64,000 nucleotides of DNA from a virus. Under the pieces are notes generated by a model that was not told where the DNA came from, did not search any database, and was given only the letters and a program-made list of their open reading frames with translations. Location of the stretch: the IMG/VR virus record IMGVR_UViG_3300017956_000007, positions 1 through 64,000 of that record; one strand, written 5' to 3'. Each line of letters opens with the position of its first letter. Position 1 is the stretch's first letter. Positions 48,293-58,290 of the stretch are shown piece after piece. The position numbers were made by a program, and so were the translations under genes.

Positions 48293-48933
48293 GATAATTC
48301 CTTGACCTCATCACAAATTCCATATTTCAATGCCTCATTTGAAGATAACCAAACATCGTGCGGAGGCAATAAAAATTTACGTATTTCATCATCATCAATG
48401 CCTGTACACTTTCTATAATGATTTAACATTCTTTCGGTTGTTAAATCATATTCTTTTTGTACAGCAAAAAGTTCATGCTCTTTACCAAAAGAACCCCAAG
48501 AATATTGATGAGATAAAATACTTGTATTCGGTGTTAATAGTCGTCTTCCTTTTTTCCCAGCCATAAAAATTGAAAGTGCGGCACTTCCTATAATACCAAG
48601 ACCGACTGTATGAATAGGAATAGAAGACCCTCTCATAACGTCAATCAAAGCAAAACCAGCCGTCATATCTCCTCCATGAGAATTTATGCACAATGTCAAA
48701 AATTCTGGTCTTGACGTTTTTTTCATATTATTGAGTAATACCCATTCAATCGCATGTAAAACCGAACCATTATAGATATCATCAAATAAAAAATAATATC
48801 CTCTATTTTCCAAAGATGCGCCATCATCCTCAACATTTTCTGATGGTGCATTTGCTATAAATTTCTCAGCAACTAACGTTGCAAATTCTGGATTTACTAA
48901 TGATTGTGCTATCTTATCTTCATTTATTTTCAT
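48289..48933 (-). CDS. clpP: ClpP-family serine protease
   Basis: LCINSHGG, ALIDVM, HTVGLGIIGSAA (Ser), SILSHQ (His), HDVWLS..EALKYGICD (Asp); the catalytic triad appears intact. Confidence 0.9.
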   Translation of the reverse strand: MKINEDKIAQSLVNPEFATLVAEKFIANAPSENVEDDGASLENRGYYFLFDDIYNGSVLHAIEWVLLNNMKKTSRPEFLTLCINSHGGDMTAGFALIDVMRGSSIPIHTVGLGIIGSAALSIFMAGKKGRRLLTPNTSILSHQYSWGSFGKEHELFAVQKEYDLTTERMLNHYRKCTGIDDDEIRKFLLPPHDVWLSSNEALKYGICDEVKELS

Positions 48934-51900
48934 ATTTTACCATTTGAATAATTTTATCAATTCCATCAAAAACCATCTCAGTAGAGATATTTTTTGTACA
49001 CTCAAACATTCTATCGGTTCCTTTATGATCCGGACACCAAAGCCAATCGCCTGGATCGAACTTATGTCTATTATAGCAACTATTGCAAGTTTTGTCATTA
49101 AAAATCCTAACACATTTTGTGGAAAATTCTGAATTAGGATTACTAAACCCAGAAATTAATAAAACGTGCTTATTCATAGACCATGCTAACCATGACAATC
49201 CTGACCCTAATCCTATGAAAAACTCAGATTTATTTATAGTCGCAATTGTCTGATTTAAAGTTCTATTATGTCTCGGTATAATACCATCTGGACAATAGTT
49301 AAAATATTCACCCTGTCCAAAAGAAGGATGTTTGTCAATACAAACCACATCATACCCCTTAGTCTTTACATATTCAACAACTTTATTCCAAGCACCAGGA
49401 TTATTCCAATATTTTGCCTGAGCAGTTGATTGCGTAGCAATTGCAACATAAGGTTTATTCAATTCGTATTCTTTTTCGTACACTGTAATTTTTGATGGTT
49501 TTTCCTTCCAATCCTTAAATCCTAAAATACTTGCGCACAATGTTTGCAATGGAACATCTTTACAATCGACTGGAGACAAATCACATTTTTCAAAAAATCC
49601 TATTCTATATTGATGGTCAAAATCTTTAAATCCTGAATTAGGTTTTTCAAATTTTATTTCAGGATATTCATTTTCGAATAATTCATTGAAAAAAGTGCTA
49701 CATATGACTTTACATTTATGTTTTTTTCTAAATGCTTCGACCGGTTCCATCCAAGCAATATTATCGCCTAATGCGGAAGAATCTAGCCAAATGAAAACTT
49801 TTTTATTTTCCATTTTCATATCATACACATGCACTAATTCTTCAGTTTTTTCATCAAAAATTTCAATTTTCCAAGGTATAAAATAAGATAATGTTGATGC
49901 GGCCCAACAATTGTTTCCTATTTTAGTTTGAAAATGTATATAATCAGTTTCTGAATCTTTGAAATTAATTTTAAAGTTTTTATCTACATTACCTTTTATA
50001 GACACATAAGGATTCGGGTTAACTGTTATATTATAATAAGATTTTTTTCTATCGTGTCTGTATTTACTAAAATCATGTTCACTAGCATTTTTCAAATCAT
50101 TTTGATATATGCTTATTAATCTTTCTCCCATATCCAATGGTATAGTTTGTTTCAATTCTTTTGCTCGGTAATAATATTTTTCTAAATTTAAAAAAATGTT
50201 ATCCCAATCTCTTTCCATAGCAAATTTTCTAGCATCTTTTGATGACTGGTCTAAATCATTCAAATGATGTAAAATACCCTCAACTATTGTATCCACACTT
50301 CTATCGCATTGATAAAAACCTGGTATTTTCATTTCATCTTGTAATGTTCCAACAACTGGCAATCCACATGCCATTCCTTCTAGTACACCTAAACAAGGTT
50401 GTCCAGTTTCCATTGATGCCGGATGTACAATAATATCTTGTTCGGATAAAATATCTCTTAGATCTTTTTTGAAAACATTGCCTAATAGATTTATTTCTAT
50501 GTCTTTTTTGCAATCGTTGTATATCTGATAAAAAACTTTATTGTAATCGTCATGTATAGAATCCGCTCCGACTATTGTTATAGGAAAGCCTAATTTATGG
50601 GCAGCCAAAATCGCTAAATGAAATCCTTTTCTATCGTCTCCCCCTCCAACACAAACCAATCTATTGCTTCTTTTTTTAGTATAATTGGGATAATAGAAAT
50701 TAGTATCAACTCCATGATGTAAATGAAATAATTTATCCTGAGCATCAAAATATGATATGAATTTATTGATAGGGGTTAAACTTAGAACAGAATTTTCAAT
50801 TGTAGATTTTATTTGGTTATATGAATAACTATATTTTTCCTGTAATCCTACCCACGCATCATGAACTGTATGAATAAACGGCACAAATTTATGTTTTAGT
50901 GAATCATTAAAATTAACCATATGATTATGAAAAACATCGTAATTTTCCAATTCCGTTTGTGTAATTTCACTTAACCACATCAATTTTACGTTATGTCCTC
51001 TTCTCTTACCGGCATTGATATATTGACCAACAACTTCCTCAACACCTCCATAACCTTTAGGAGGTATTTCTATACCGCATCCTGGATTTATTTGAATTAT
51101 ATTTAATTTTTCAAAATTATTATCATGAATTATACGTTCAAAGTTTTCGACAGGTAAATTTTCAATTTCGCTTTTTTTCTCAGATTCTGGTTCACTAATT
51201 ACCTCAACTATTTTCTTAATTTCTCCGTTTTTCGATCTTGTAATTAATGTGAACCTATTGTCTTTATTATACCAGTTAAAATGATAATTTAAATCCGTCA
51301 TCATACTAATAACATCAGATATTATGTCAATACCTGTTCTATTATTTTTCATTAAATGAGAATTATCACAAAAAATTACAATCTCACAGTTAAAACTCAA
51401 GTTATTTTCAATAGATTCTATAAATTTTGATATTTCTTCTACAGTATCTTCAAGATTTATTTTAATGAAAAAATAATCAACGTTTTTAACTCCATCGAAA
51501 AAAACATTGTGATCAAAAAATAATTTTTTCAATTTTTCTTTTTTAAGAATATCATATTTAAAATTTAAGAAACTAATATTTTTAGCTTGAATTTCATGAT
51601 TTAGATATGATATGTAAGTTGATTCCGCTGAATCATATATATCATCAAAATATTTTAAATTTCTAGGATATTCTAAAATAAAATTTTTTCTTCTTTCTTT
51701 AGCATCAATTGCTAATTGTGCCTCTCCTCTTGTATTCCAATTTCTGTAATTCTCGGAATCATTATGGTCTCTTGCCAAATAAGTAGTTCTTGGAATTGTA
51801 ATCCATTTACCTCTCTCTTCCATCATTAATAACCACTGTCCATCATTAGAAGAACATGCTTCTCCGTCTTTATGTACAGGAAATTTAATGCCTGGCAAAT

Positions 51901-52426
51901 TTCTAAAAATTCTTAAATATCCAAAAATATTTGTTCTATTTGGCCATAATTTTTCAAATCCTTCAAGAAAAGAATCATTATCGGTTGTCATAAAAACGTT
52001 ATCTTTGAAATTCGACAAAAAATCCTGATTAGATTTTATAGTAAAATTATCATAGTATTTGTTCGCATTAAAATGCATCAAAACACTCTCTGGAAACAAA
52101 TTAAAATAATAATTTATACGTTTTAACGTATTAGGCAATATAAAATCATCAGAATCAATGTGACAAACTATATCTCCAGTAGCGTGTGTCTGGGGATTCC
52201 ACCATATTTCTTTTTTATATTTTGGTTGTATAATTTTTATTCTATCATCTCTGAGACTGATATCATTGATAATTTCCAAAGTTTTATCATTAGAAAAATC
52301 ATCTGATATTAACCATTCCCAATTATCATAATTTTGACATAATATAGATTCTGCGGTTTCTCGTATATATTTTTCAGCATTAAAACATGAAGTTATTAAT
52401 GACAATTTCAATTCATCATACATCAA
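48920..52426 (-). CDS. Three-domain glycosyltransferase: GT2 + GT4-like + Aah/TibC-like autotransporter O-heptosyltransferase
   Basis: GT2: SCFNAEKYI, DDFSND, HIDSDD. GT4: PPKGYGGVE, HGVDTNFY, RKGFHL, LEGMACGLPVV. C-terminal: SSALGDNIAW, YVAIATQSTAQAKYWNNP, FFIGLGSGLSWLAW, CNSC...DWLWCPDHKGTDRMFECTK. ATG at 52423 is an alternative start. Confidence 0.88.
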   Translation of the reverse strand: MMYDELKLSLITSCFNAEKYIRETAESILCQNYDNWEWLISDDFSNDKTLEIINDISLRDDRIKIIQPKYKKEIWWNPQTHATGDIVCHIDSDDFILPNTLKRINYYFNLFPESVLMHFNANKYYDNFTIKSNQDFLSNFKDNVFMTTDNDSFLEGFEKLWPNRTNIFGYLRIFRNLPGIKFPVHKDGEACSSNDGQWLLMMEERGKWITIPRTTYLARDHNDSENYRNWNTRGEAQLAIDAKERRKNFILEYPRNLKYFDDIYDSAESTYISYLNHEIQAKNISFLNFKYDILKKEKLKKLFFDHNVFFDGVKNVDYFFIKINLEDTVEEISKFIESIENNLSFNCEIVIFCDNSHLMKNNRTGIDIISDVISMMTDLNYHFNWYNKDNRFTLITRSKNGEIKKIVEVISEPESEKKSEIENLPVENFERIIHDNNFEKLNIIQINPGCGIEIPPKGYGGVEEVVGQYINAGKRRGHNVKLMWLSEITQTELENYDVFHNHMVNFNDSLKHKFVPFIHTVHDAWVGLQEKYSYSYNQIKSTIENSVLSLTPINKFISYFDAQDKLFHLHHGVDTNFYYPNYTKKRSNRLVCVGGGDDRKGFHLAILAAHKLGFPITIVGADSIHDDYNKVFYQIYNDCKKDIEINLLGNVFKKDLRDILSEQDIIVHPASMETGQPCLGVLEGMACGLPVVGTLQDEMKIPGFYQCDRSVDTIVEGILHHLNDLDQSSKDARKFAMERDWDNIFLNLEKYYYRAKELKQTIPLDMGERLISIYQNDLKNASEHDFSKYRHDRKKSYYNITVNPNPYVSIKGNVDKNFKINFKDSETDYIHFQTKIGNNCWAASTLSYFIPWKIEIFDEKTEELVHVYDMKMENKKVFIWLDSSALGDNIAWMEPVEAFRKKHKCKVICSTFFNELFENEYPEIKFEKPNSGFKDFDHQYRIGFFEKCDLSPVDCKDVPLQTLCASILGFKDWKEKPSKITVYEKEYELNKPYVAIATQSTAQAKYWNNPGAWNKVVEYVKTKGYDVVCIDKHPSFGQGEYFNYCPDGIIPRHNRTLNQTIATINKSEFFIGLGSGLSWLAWSMNKHVLLISGFSNPNSEFSTKCVRIFNDKTCNSCYNRHKFDPGDWLWCPDHKGTDRMFECTKNISTEMVFDGIDKIIQMVKYENK

Positions 52427-53449
52427 TTACCTTTTAAAATAAATTGTAGTTGTTTTTTTAATATTATTGACTAATGTTTGATCATTTAAATCAAAAGTTT
52501 TTATCAACTCATCATTCATAAAAATTTCTATCAATTGACCTTTATTAAATTTAACTAGATTATAAAAACCTTTCATAAAAAATGAATCCGATACTATTTG
52601 ATTATCTACAACTATTTTCATTTTCATATCAATAAAATGATTTAAATGAAATATATAATCTTCTTCATTATCACCTATATAAAGTGCCACCCAAGGTTTT
52701 GTTTCTTCTATGTGCATCCTATCTTGTTCAAATTGTATTCGATTCAAATTAGGAACAAAATCGATTAATTCCACATTTGAATTTTTTTCATCATTGTATT
52801 TTGTCAATCCCAAAACATAAGCAAAAAACTCCTCACCTGGTAAGAATTGATACTTCAAAGTTATTTCTTTTTGAACTTCTAAATCCAAATACTTCATAAA
52901 GCGTTCATACATATAATCTACGTTTCCGGACATCAATCTTGTAGTAACTTGCATTTTGCCGTGAGTGTCGGAATTGTCTTCACTGGACCAATAATAAAAA
53001 ACACCATCTAATTTTTTAGATAATATCTTATATTCATTCATAATCAATTCATGTGGACTTTTAATAAGACCATCATAATCCATGATATGAATAATTTTTT
53101 TTCTTAAAATTTTTGCATAATTAATACCCAAAGTTAATAATCTGTAAACCGCAAAAGTTGTATTGTGACCATGAAATTGTTTTGTTGATAAATCAAACCC
53201 ATCTGTGTAATACGTTATATAACCTAAATATTCTGGATCTTTTAACACAATATTGTCTTTATCATAAACAAAATAATCAACTTTTTCCTGAATTTCTTTT
53301 GACACCGGTGTATGGGTAGTTAATATTATTTCATAATTAAAATATTTTATATTATTAATCAACTCTAAACAACATTTTATTCTCTCAGGAGTTGAAAGAT
53401 GGGCATGAATTAATACAATAGAATCAGAGGACATATGTGATGTCTCCAT
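52427..53449 (-). CDS. Hypothetical, possibly divergent GT-A-fold protein
   Basis: IILTTHTPVS.EIQ..VDYFVYDKDN and a DxD-like HIMDYD; lies between two GT genes. Start may be the ATG at 53434. Confidence 0.5.
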   Translation of the reverse strand: METSHMSSDSIVLIHAHLSTPERIKCCLELINNIKYFNYEIILTTHTPVSKEIQEKVDYFVYDKDNIVLKDPEYLGYITYYTDGFDLSTKQFHGHNTTFAVYRLLTLGINYAKILRKKIIHIMDYDGLIKSPHELIMNEYKILSKKLDGVFYYWSSEDNSDTHGKMQVTTRLMSGNVDYMYERFMKYLDLEVQKEITLKYQFLPGEEFFAYVLGLTKYNDEKNSNVELIDFVPNLNRIQFEQDRMHIEETKPWVALYIGDNEEDYIFHLNHFIDMKMKIVVDNQIVSDSFFMKGFYNLVKFNKGQLIEIFMNDELIKTFDLNDQTLVNNIKKTTTIYFKR

Positions 53450-56099
53450 CCTTTAATAATGAAGTTCCATCTTTAAATGATTTATCTAGATATGAATTAC
53501 CGGAACATTGTATTGAGTATGGGTTTTTTGTGATACCTCCAACCATTTCATTTAATACATTATTATTTAACCACAAATCATATGTGTCCCATCCTGTTTT
53601 TTCAAATTTATTTAAAAAATATTCTCTACAATTTGCAGGAATTAAATAACAATGCGCTTCTGACATTCTGTTTGTCACATCAAAATATTTATTTCGTTTT
53701 TGATAATGCCATTCAACAATCCTTTTACCAAAATTCATATATTTTAAATCAAATTCCATTAAATCATCAAATCTATCAGTTATTTCTTTATAAACTTCAA
53801 AAATTGGTTTAATAAAAATTGCATCACATTCACAAAATAAAACCGCATCTACCTCATCATTCAAATGCTCTAACATTGCCTTATAATGTGCCAAATAATT
53901 ACCGTAATGGGCAGGAGTTAATTTATAATGTCCGGGTTCCATTTGAACATCATCTGGTCTGGCACAACTCTCTTTAGGAGGCATGTCAGAATATTTTTTG
54001 TTAATCATTTGAACATATTTCCATCCAGAATATTCAGCTAATTTTGTCAAATGTTCTATCGATTTTTTTTCACGTTCACCTTCAATGTCAACTAACATGT
54101 GTACTATTTTAATTTTAGGTACTCTAGATGCCCATAGGTTTCCTAATCCTCCATCAACAATTTCTTTATCAAATTTAACATCATATCCTAATTTTTTTAA
54201 CCTATCAATCAATTTACTGGATCTTAAAATTCTAGATTCTAAAGAATTATCATTATTGAAAAAATCATGCACTTCCATTGTGATTTTTCGTATGCGATGC
54301 TTCAACATATGATCGGAAATGGTAGGCATAATATTCCATTCTGCCCCTTCACAATCTAATTTTAACACATCTATTCTATCAACATCATTATTTTTCATGA
54401 ATGTGTCAAAATTTATAGTTCTAACTTCTTCAATTTTTTTCTTTCCTAAAGTAGTTGGATTTTCTTCAGAAGTATTAAAACTATCATAAAAAGTATTCAC
54501 TGCCGAAGAACCTAAGATTTTAAATTCTGAAGTTCCATTTTTATCGGACAATGCCATGTTAAATTTCTTGACTTGATCATAACCTTTTAAATTTTCACAC
54601 AATATTTCAAATGTTTTTTTTGCCGGCTCAAATGTGAAAATTTTTGAGGCTCCTTTACTCAAACAATATAGGTCAAAAAGACCATAATGACCACCAACAT
54701 CTAAAACAACATCACCTTGCAATATATTTACGTATTTGTAACATTCTTGATAAAAAACTTCATATAATGTAAACCAAGATGCAGGATCATCTTGAATACC
54801 CTTTATATTTACATCAACATCATTGATCTTAATATCATCAATTTGATTATCAAAATCAAATGTTTTCTCATATAAAATATGATGCTCATCCATTAAATTG
54901 CCATCAGTTAAACTTGAAAAATAGTCACCAGGAGCATCATAAATTTTTAGATTAATTCCTCCCAGAATTTTTTGAGAACAATTAGGTTGAACCCAAAGAT
55001 TAGGACTAAAAATTTTTGATCTGTAAACTAATAAATTAGTTTTTGTATCAAACAAACAAACCAATTTATTTTCAAGACATTTAAAATAATCTCCAGTGGA
55101 GATTGATATTTTAGTATCATCTTCTAATTTACATGAAATAAAGTTTTCGGTGATGTTCAATTTTCTCAAAATTTTTAATTTATTTACCTCAAAATTATCA
55201 TTAGTCAAATATGTTACCTTATCATCTAACTTATTCAAATAAGAATCTAACTTATATACAATAGTAGGCATTTTCCAACTTAATGCTTCTTTTATCGCTA
55301 AAGGATTTGTTTCCTTATCATGTACATTGCCCCTAGATGTGAATAAAAATAAATCCATACAGGAATAAAAATTATCAACATCGGATCTTTCACCCCATAT
55401 TTTACAATTATCAGGAATGTCACTCATCAATGGTTCCCAATATGATTTAAAATTAGGTGCCATATTTCCGACAAAATGAAATTCTATAGGAAATTGTCTT
55501 AGACTTTTTGCATATTCTATAATTTCTGCCTGATTTTTTCTAGGTGTAAATAGACCTACATTTAAAACATGATACTTTTCAGGATCTAAATTTAATTGCT
55601 TCAAACCTTCTATTCTATCACGTTTATCTTTTATAGGAACTGGATATTCTATTACAGAACTTGGAATTTTTAAGGAAGAAAAATTATGTACCTGATTGTC
55701 ACTACAAAATAAAAATCTATCAGGCAAAAATACTTTATTTGAAGGTTCGAAAGATGAATCGTGAGATGTTTCGAAAATTAAATATTTTCTTTCTGTATTG
55801 TATATTTTTTTAGAAATATCTTGACTCATGAAAAATTCAGGCATTTCCTCAAAATGAATAATATCAGGTTGAATTTTTTCTATAATTTGAAAAATTTCTT
55901 CCTTTTCCTCTCCAAGAGTAAAAACTTTATCATTTAATAAATTAATTATTTTGTTTTTTTGTACTCTGTAAATTCCGTAGTCGTTATATTCTATGACATA
56001 AATATTATAAATATTTTTCAAAAATTCTATTTTTTTTAATAGATACTGAGGAGCTCCTCCAGTTGACAAATGAGGAGTAATGTACAATATATTTTTCAT
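53424..56099 (-). CDS. Three-domain enzyme: GT4-like glycosyltransferase + FkbM-family methyltransferase + GT25-like domain
   Basis: HLSTGGAPQY, NVGLFTPRKNQ and E-x7-E (ETNPLAIKE); FkbM motifs VLDVGGHYG, FEP, IDVLKLDCEGAE; C-terminal GNYLAH...LFCECDA...AHCYLI. Confidence 0.85.
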   Translation of the reverse strand: MKNILYITPHLSTGGAPQYLLKKIEFLKNIYNIYVIEYNDYGIYRVQKNKIINLLNDKVFTLGEEKEEIFQIIEKIQPDIIHFEEMPEFFMSQDISKKIYNTERKYLIFETSHDSSFEPSNKVFLPDRFLFCSDNQVHNFSSLKIPSSVIEYPVPIKDKRDRIEGLKQLNLDPEKYHVLNVGLFTPRKNQAEIIEYAKSLRQFPIEFHFVGNMAPNFKSYWEPLMSDIPDNCKIWGERSDVDNFYSCMDLFLFTSRGNVHDKETNPLAIKEALSWKMPTIVYKLDSYLNKLDDKVTYLTNDNFEVNKLKILRKLNITENFISCKLEDDTKISISTGDYFKCLENKLVCLFDTKTNLLVYRSKIFSPNLWVQPNCSQKILGGINLKIYDAPGDYFSSLTDGNLMDEHHILYEKTFDFDNQIDDIKINDVDVNIKGIQDDPASWFTLYEVFYQECYKYVNILQGDVVLDVGGHYGLFDLYCLSKGASKIFTFEPAKKTFEILCENLKGYDQVKKFNMALSDKNGTSEFKILGSSAVNTFYDSFNTSEENPTTLGKKKIEEVRTINFDTFMKNNDVDRIDVLKLDCEGAEWNIMPTISDHMLKHRIRKITMEVHDFFNNDNSLESRILRSSKLIDRLKKLGYDVKFDKEIVDGGLGNLWASRVPKIKIVHMLVDIEGEREKKSIEHLTKLAEYSGWKYVQMINKKYSDMPPKESCARPDDVQMEPGHYKLTPAHYGNYLAHYKAMLEHLNDEVDAVLFCECDAIFIKPIFEVYKEITDRFDDLMEFDLKYMNFGKRIVEWHYQKRNKYFDVTNRMSEAHCYLIPANCREYFLNKFEKTGWDTYDLWLNNNVLNEMVGGITKNPYSIQCSGNSYLDKSFKDGTSLLKDGDITYVL

Positions 56100-56141
56100 G
56101 AATCCACCTTTACATATTTTAATTTTTATACAGATATATAT

Positions 56142-56170
56142 ACTATAGTATATATTTAATAATTTGTCAA
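56142..56170 (-). promoter_or_regulatory. Sigma70-type (early) promoter TTGACA-N17-TATAGT
   Basis: tgtcaa at 56165-56170 and actata at 56142-56147 on the + strand, with a 17-nt spacer; points into the 56099 GT gene. Confidence 0.75.
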
Positions 56171-56182
56171 TGAAAAAGGATT

Positions 56183-57484
56183 TTGATGCCGAGACCTTTA
56201 GTATATAAAGAAAATACTAGTGGAACTGAATTTGGTCTATATGAACTTACCGATAGCCAATTAGAACTACTATCATATCTAGTTAGAGCTAGATATGCGG
56301 AAAAATTAGCAGATATCAGTAGTACAACCAGTGGAATAAGAGGACAAATCTATCTCAAAACATTTTCAAATTCGGCCCCTAGACGAGGAACAACATCGGA
56401 CTATTTTTCGGGGAGTTTTAGAGACTCTAGAAGAGATTATGCTTTATCAGGAAATTTGTCTGCCTCTGACGATAGACTTGGGTCTGATTTATTTAGTGGA
56501 CCATCGTCAGCAGCACAACTAACTGTAGAAGATGTGCCTGGTGCAACATTAACCGATAATAAACTGATTTCTAATTTTGGTCCTGCACCCTCTGCTGTAC
56601 CAAGTTATACTACTGGAGGATACACATTTACACCAAGAAGTTATGACAGTTATATGTTATATCAAAGAAGCGCACAAGAATTAACGCCTTCTGATGCAGA
56701 TACAAATGAAAATGGGTTTTTAATTTATACATCAAGAAGTCTTAAACCTGCAGGGAAAGATAGATCTGTCATAACAGAATTACTCTCAGATTGTTACACC
56801 CAAATGAAAACGGGAGATGGAGTTGGAACATATTATGTTGATAAGAGTACAGCAACAAAACCTGGGGGACAAACAAATGGAACCTTCGTAAACATGGGAA
56901 CATTTTTTATCGATACAAGATCACAAGTCAGTAGTGTAACAACAACTTCCATGACTATTGATGCGGATGGATACCCTAGAGGTAAAAACTATGGTTCTGT
57001 TGTAGAACAGCACAATTTACCTAATATGTCATATGCTTGGGGTGTTGTTGTTACATATAATTATTGGGTAAAAACAGAAGATACTGCTTTTGATGTTTCG
57101 GGGGGAACAAAACAATTTAGTAATTTAATGTTTTTAAAAAATGATGGTCATAAATTATTAAGAAAAGATAGAACTTCAACTTCTGCCCCAACAAGTACTT
57201 CTGATTTGAAGACTAAATATGGAGTATTTATGGATATGATAGATAAAGTAATAATTCCTCAATTTGCTAACGGATCTGATTTACCAACTTATTACAAAAC
57301 AAATAATAATCCTCCATCCCCTGCTTCGAAAATAAGAGGAACTATAGAAGATACATATTATGCAGGAACAAATACTTATTTGTACAGATCAACTTCAGGA
57401 TTAACATATAAGAGACTTGATATTCCAAAAATAGACAACAACAATGTCTTTACAACAACTATGTATTGGTATATTAATAATTAA
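56183..57484 (+). CDS. Ser/Thr/Gly-rich hypothetical protein A1 (paralog of 58291..59322), possibly virion-associated
   Basis: Shares RPL, L..LSY.VR..YA..L, SDC......DGVG.Y and GT.VNMG....DT with A2. ATG at 56186, after AAGGA, is the likely start. Confidence 0.6.
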   Translation: MMPRPLVYKENTSGTEFGLYELTDSQLELLSYLVRARYAEKLADISSTTSGIRGQIYLKTFSNSAPRRGTTSDYFSGSFRDSRRDYALSGNLSASDDRLGSDLFSGPSSAAQLTVEDVPGATLTDNKLISNFGPAPSAVPSYTTGGYTFTPRSYDSYMLYQRSAQELTPSDADTNENGFLIYTSRSLKPAGKDRSVITELLSDCYTQMKTGDGVGTYYVDKSTATKPGGQTNGTFVNMGTFFIDTRSQVSSVTTTSMTIDADGYPRGKNYGSVVEQHNLPNMSYAWGVVVTYNYWVKTEDTAFDVSGGTKQFSNLMFLKNDGHKLLRKDRTSTSAPTSTSDLKTKYGVFMDMIDKVIIPQFANGSDLPTYYKTNNNPPSPASKIRGTIEDTYYAGTNTYLYRSTSGLTYKRLDIPKIDNNNVFTTTMYWYINN

Positions 57485-57502
57485 ATTATTTAAGGTAAAA
57501 TA

Positions 57503-58288
57503 ATGGAAAACACTGATAATGTTGTAATATCAACAATTGAAACTTCAAACGATGAAATTATTGCAAATAATGAATCCGTAAATGTGTATATTCAAGAGAG
57601 TGATAGTGCTAGTGATAGTACGATAGAAAATCCTGAATATTTCTCAAATGAAACTGATGAATCCTCCATAACTGATATTTCATCAGAAACAGAATTAGAA
57701 AGTGATGAATCGGTAAATGAATTAGATGAGGAAATTGAAGAGGAAGAAATAGAATTATTTACAATAAATGGCGTTACGTTAACTAACAAAATGCATGATC
57801 CTTGTCCAGAATTTAGACCGATATATGCACATTTTAATGATGAAAAAAATACGGTGGTTAGAATATTTTTCATTAGTCTAGATGAAAATGAAAAAGGAGA
57901 AACATATTGGTCAAAGTTGCAAAATGGTTTATTTTCTTATCAAAAACCCATACCCGAAATACAGAAACTTTCAATATTTTTCAGTGAACAAGACTTAATT
58001 GACAATCACAATAAACTAATATATGATGATTTAGAATTTCAAAGAGAAGTTTTTAATTACATGGAATGGAAAGCTACAGGATTATCAGGATCCGAAGAAA
58101 AAATTACTTTAAATAACATTAAACAATTAAGTTCAGAAGCACTTTTTAAAATAAAATTAGAATTATTTGAAGAAGCCGTCATTCAAGAATGCGAAAGTGT
58201 TGAATTAAGAGCCAATTTGAGAAAATCAAATAATTTAATAGAATTGTTTTATCATTATCAAACTATTTTAAATCAAAGTAAAGAATAA
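57503..58288 (+). CDS. Acidic hypothetical protein B1 (paralog of 59334..59864)
   Basis: Acidic low-complexity N-terminus; C-terminal LFKIKLELFE...ELRANLRKSNNLIELFYHY. Confidence 0.6.
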   Translation: MENTDNVVISTIETSNDEIIANNESVNVYIQESDSASDSTIENPEYFSNETDESSITDISSETELESDESVNELDEEIEEEEIELFTINGVTLTNKMHDPCPEFRPIYAHFNDEKNTVVRIFFISLDENEKGETYWSKLQNGLFSYQKPIPEIQKLSIFFSEQDLIDNHNKLIYDDLEFQREVFNYMEWKATGLSGSEEKITLNNIKQLSSEALFKIKLELFEEAVIQECESVELRANLRKSNNLIELFYHYQTILNQSKE

Positions 58289-58290
58289 AA

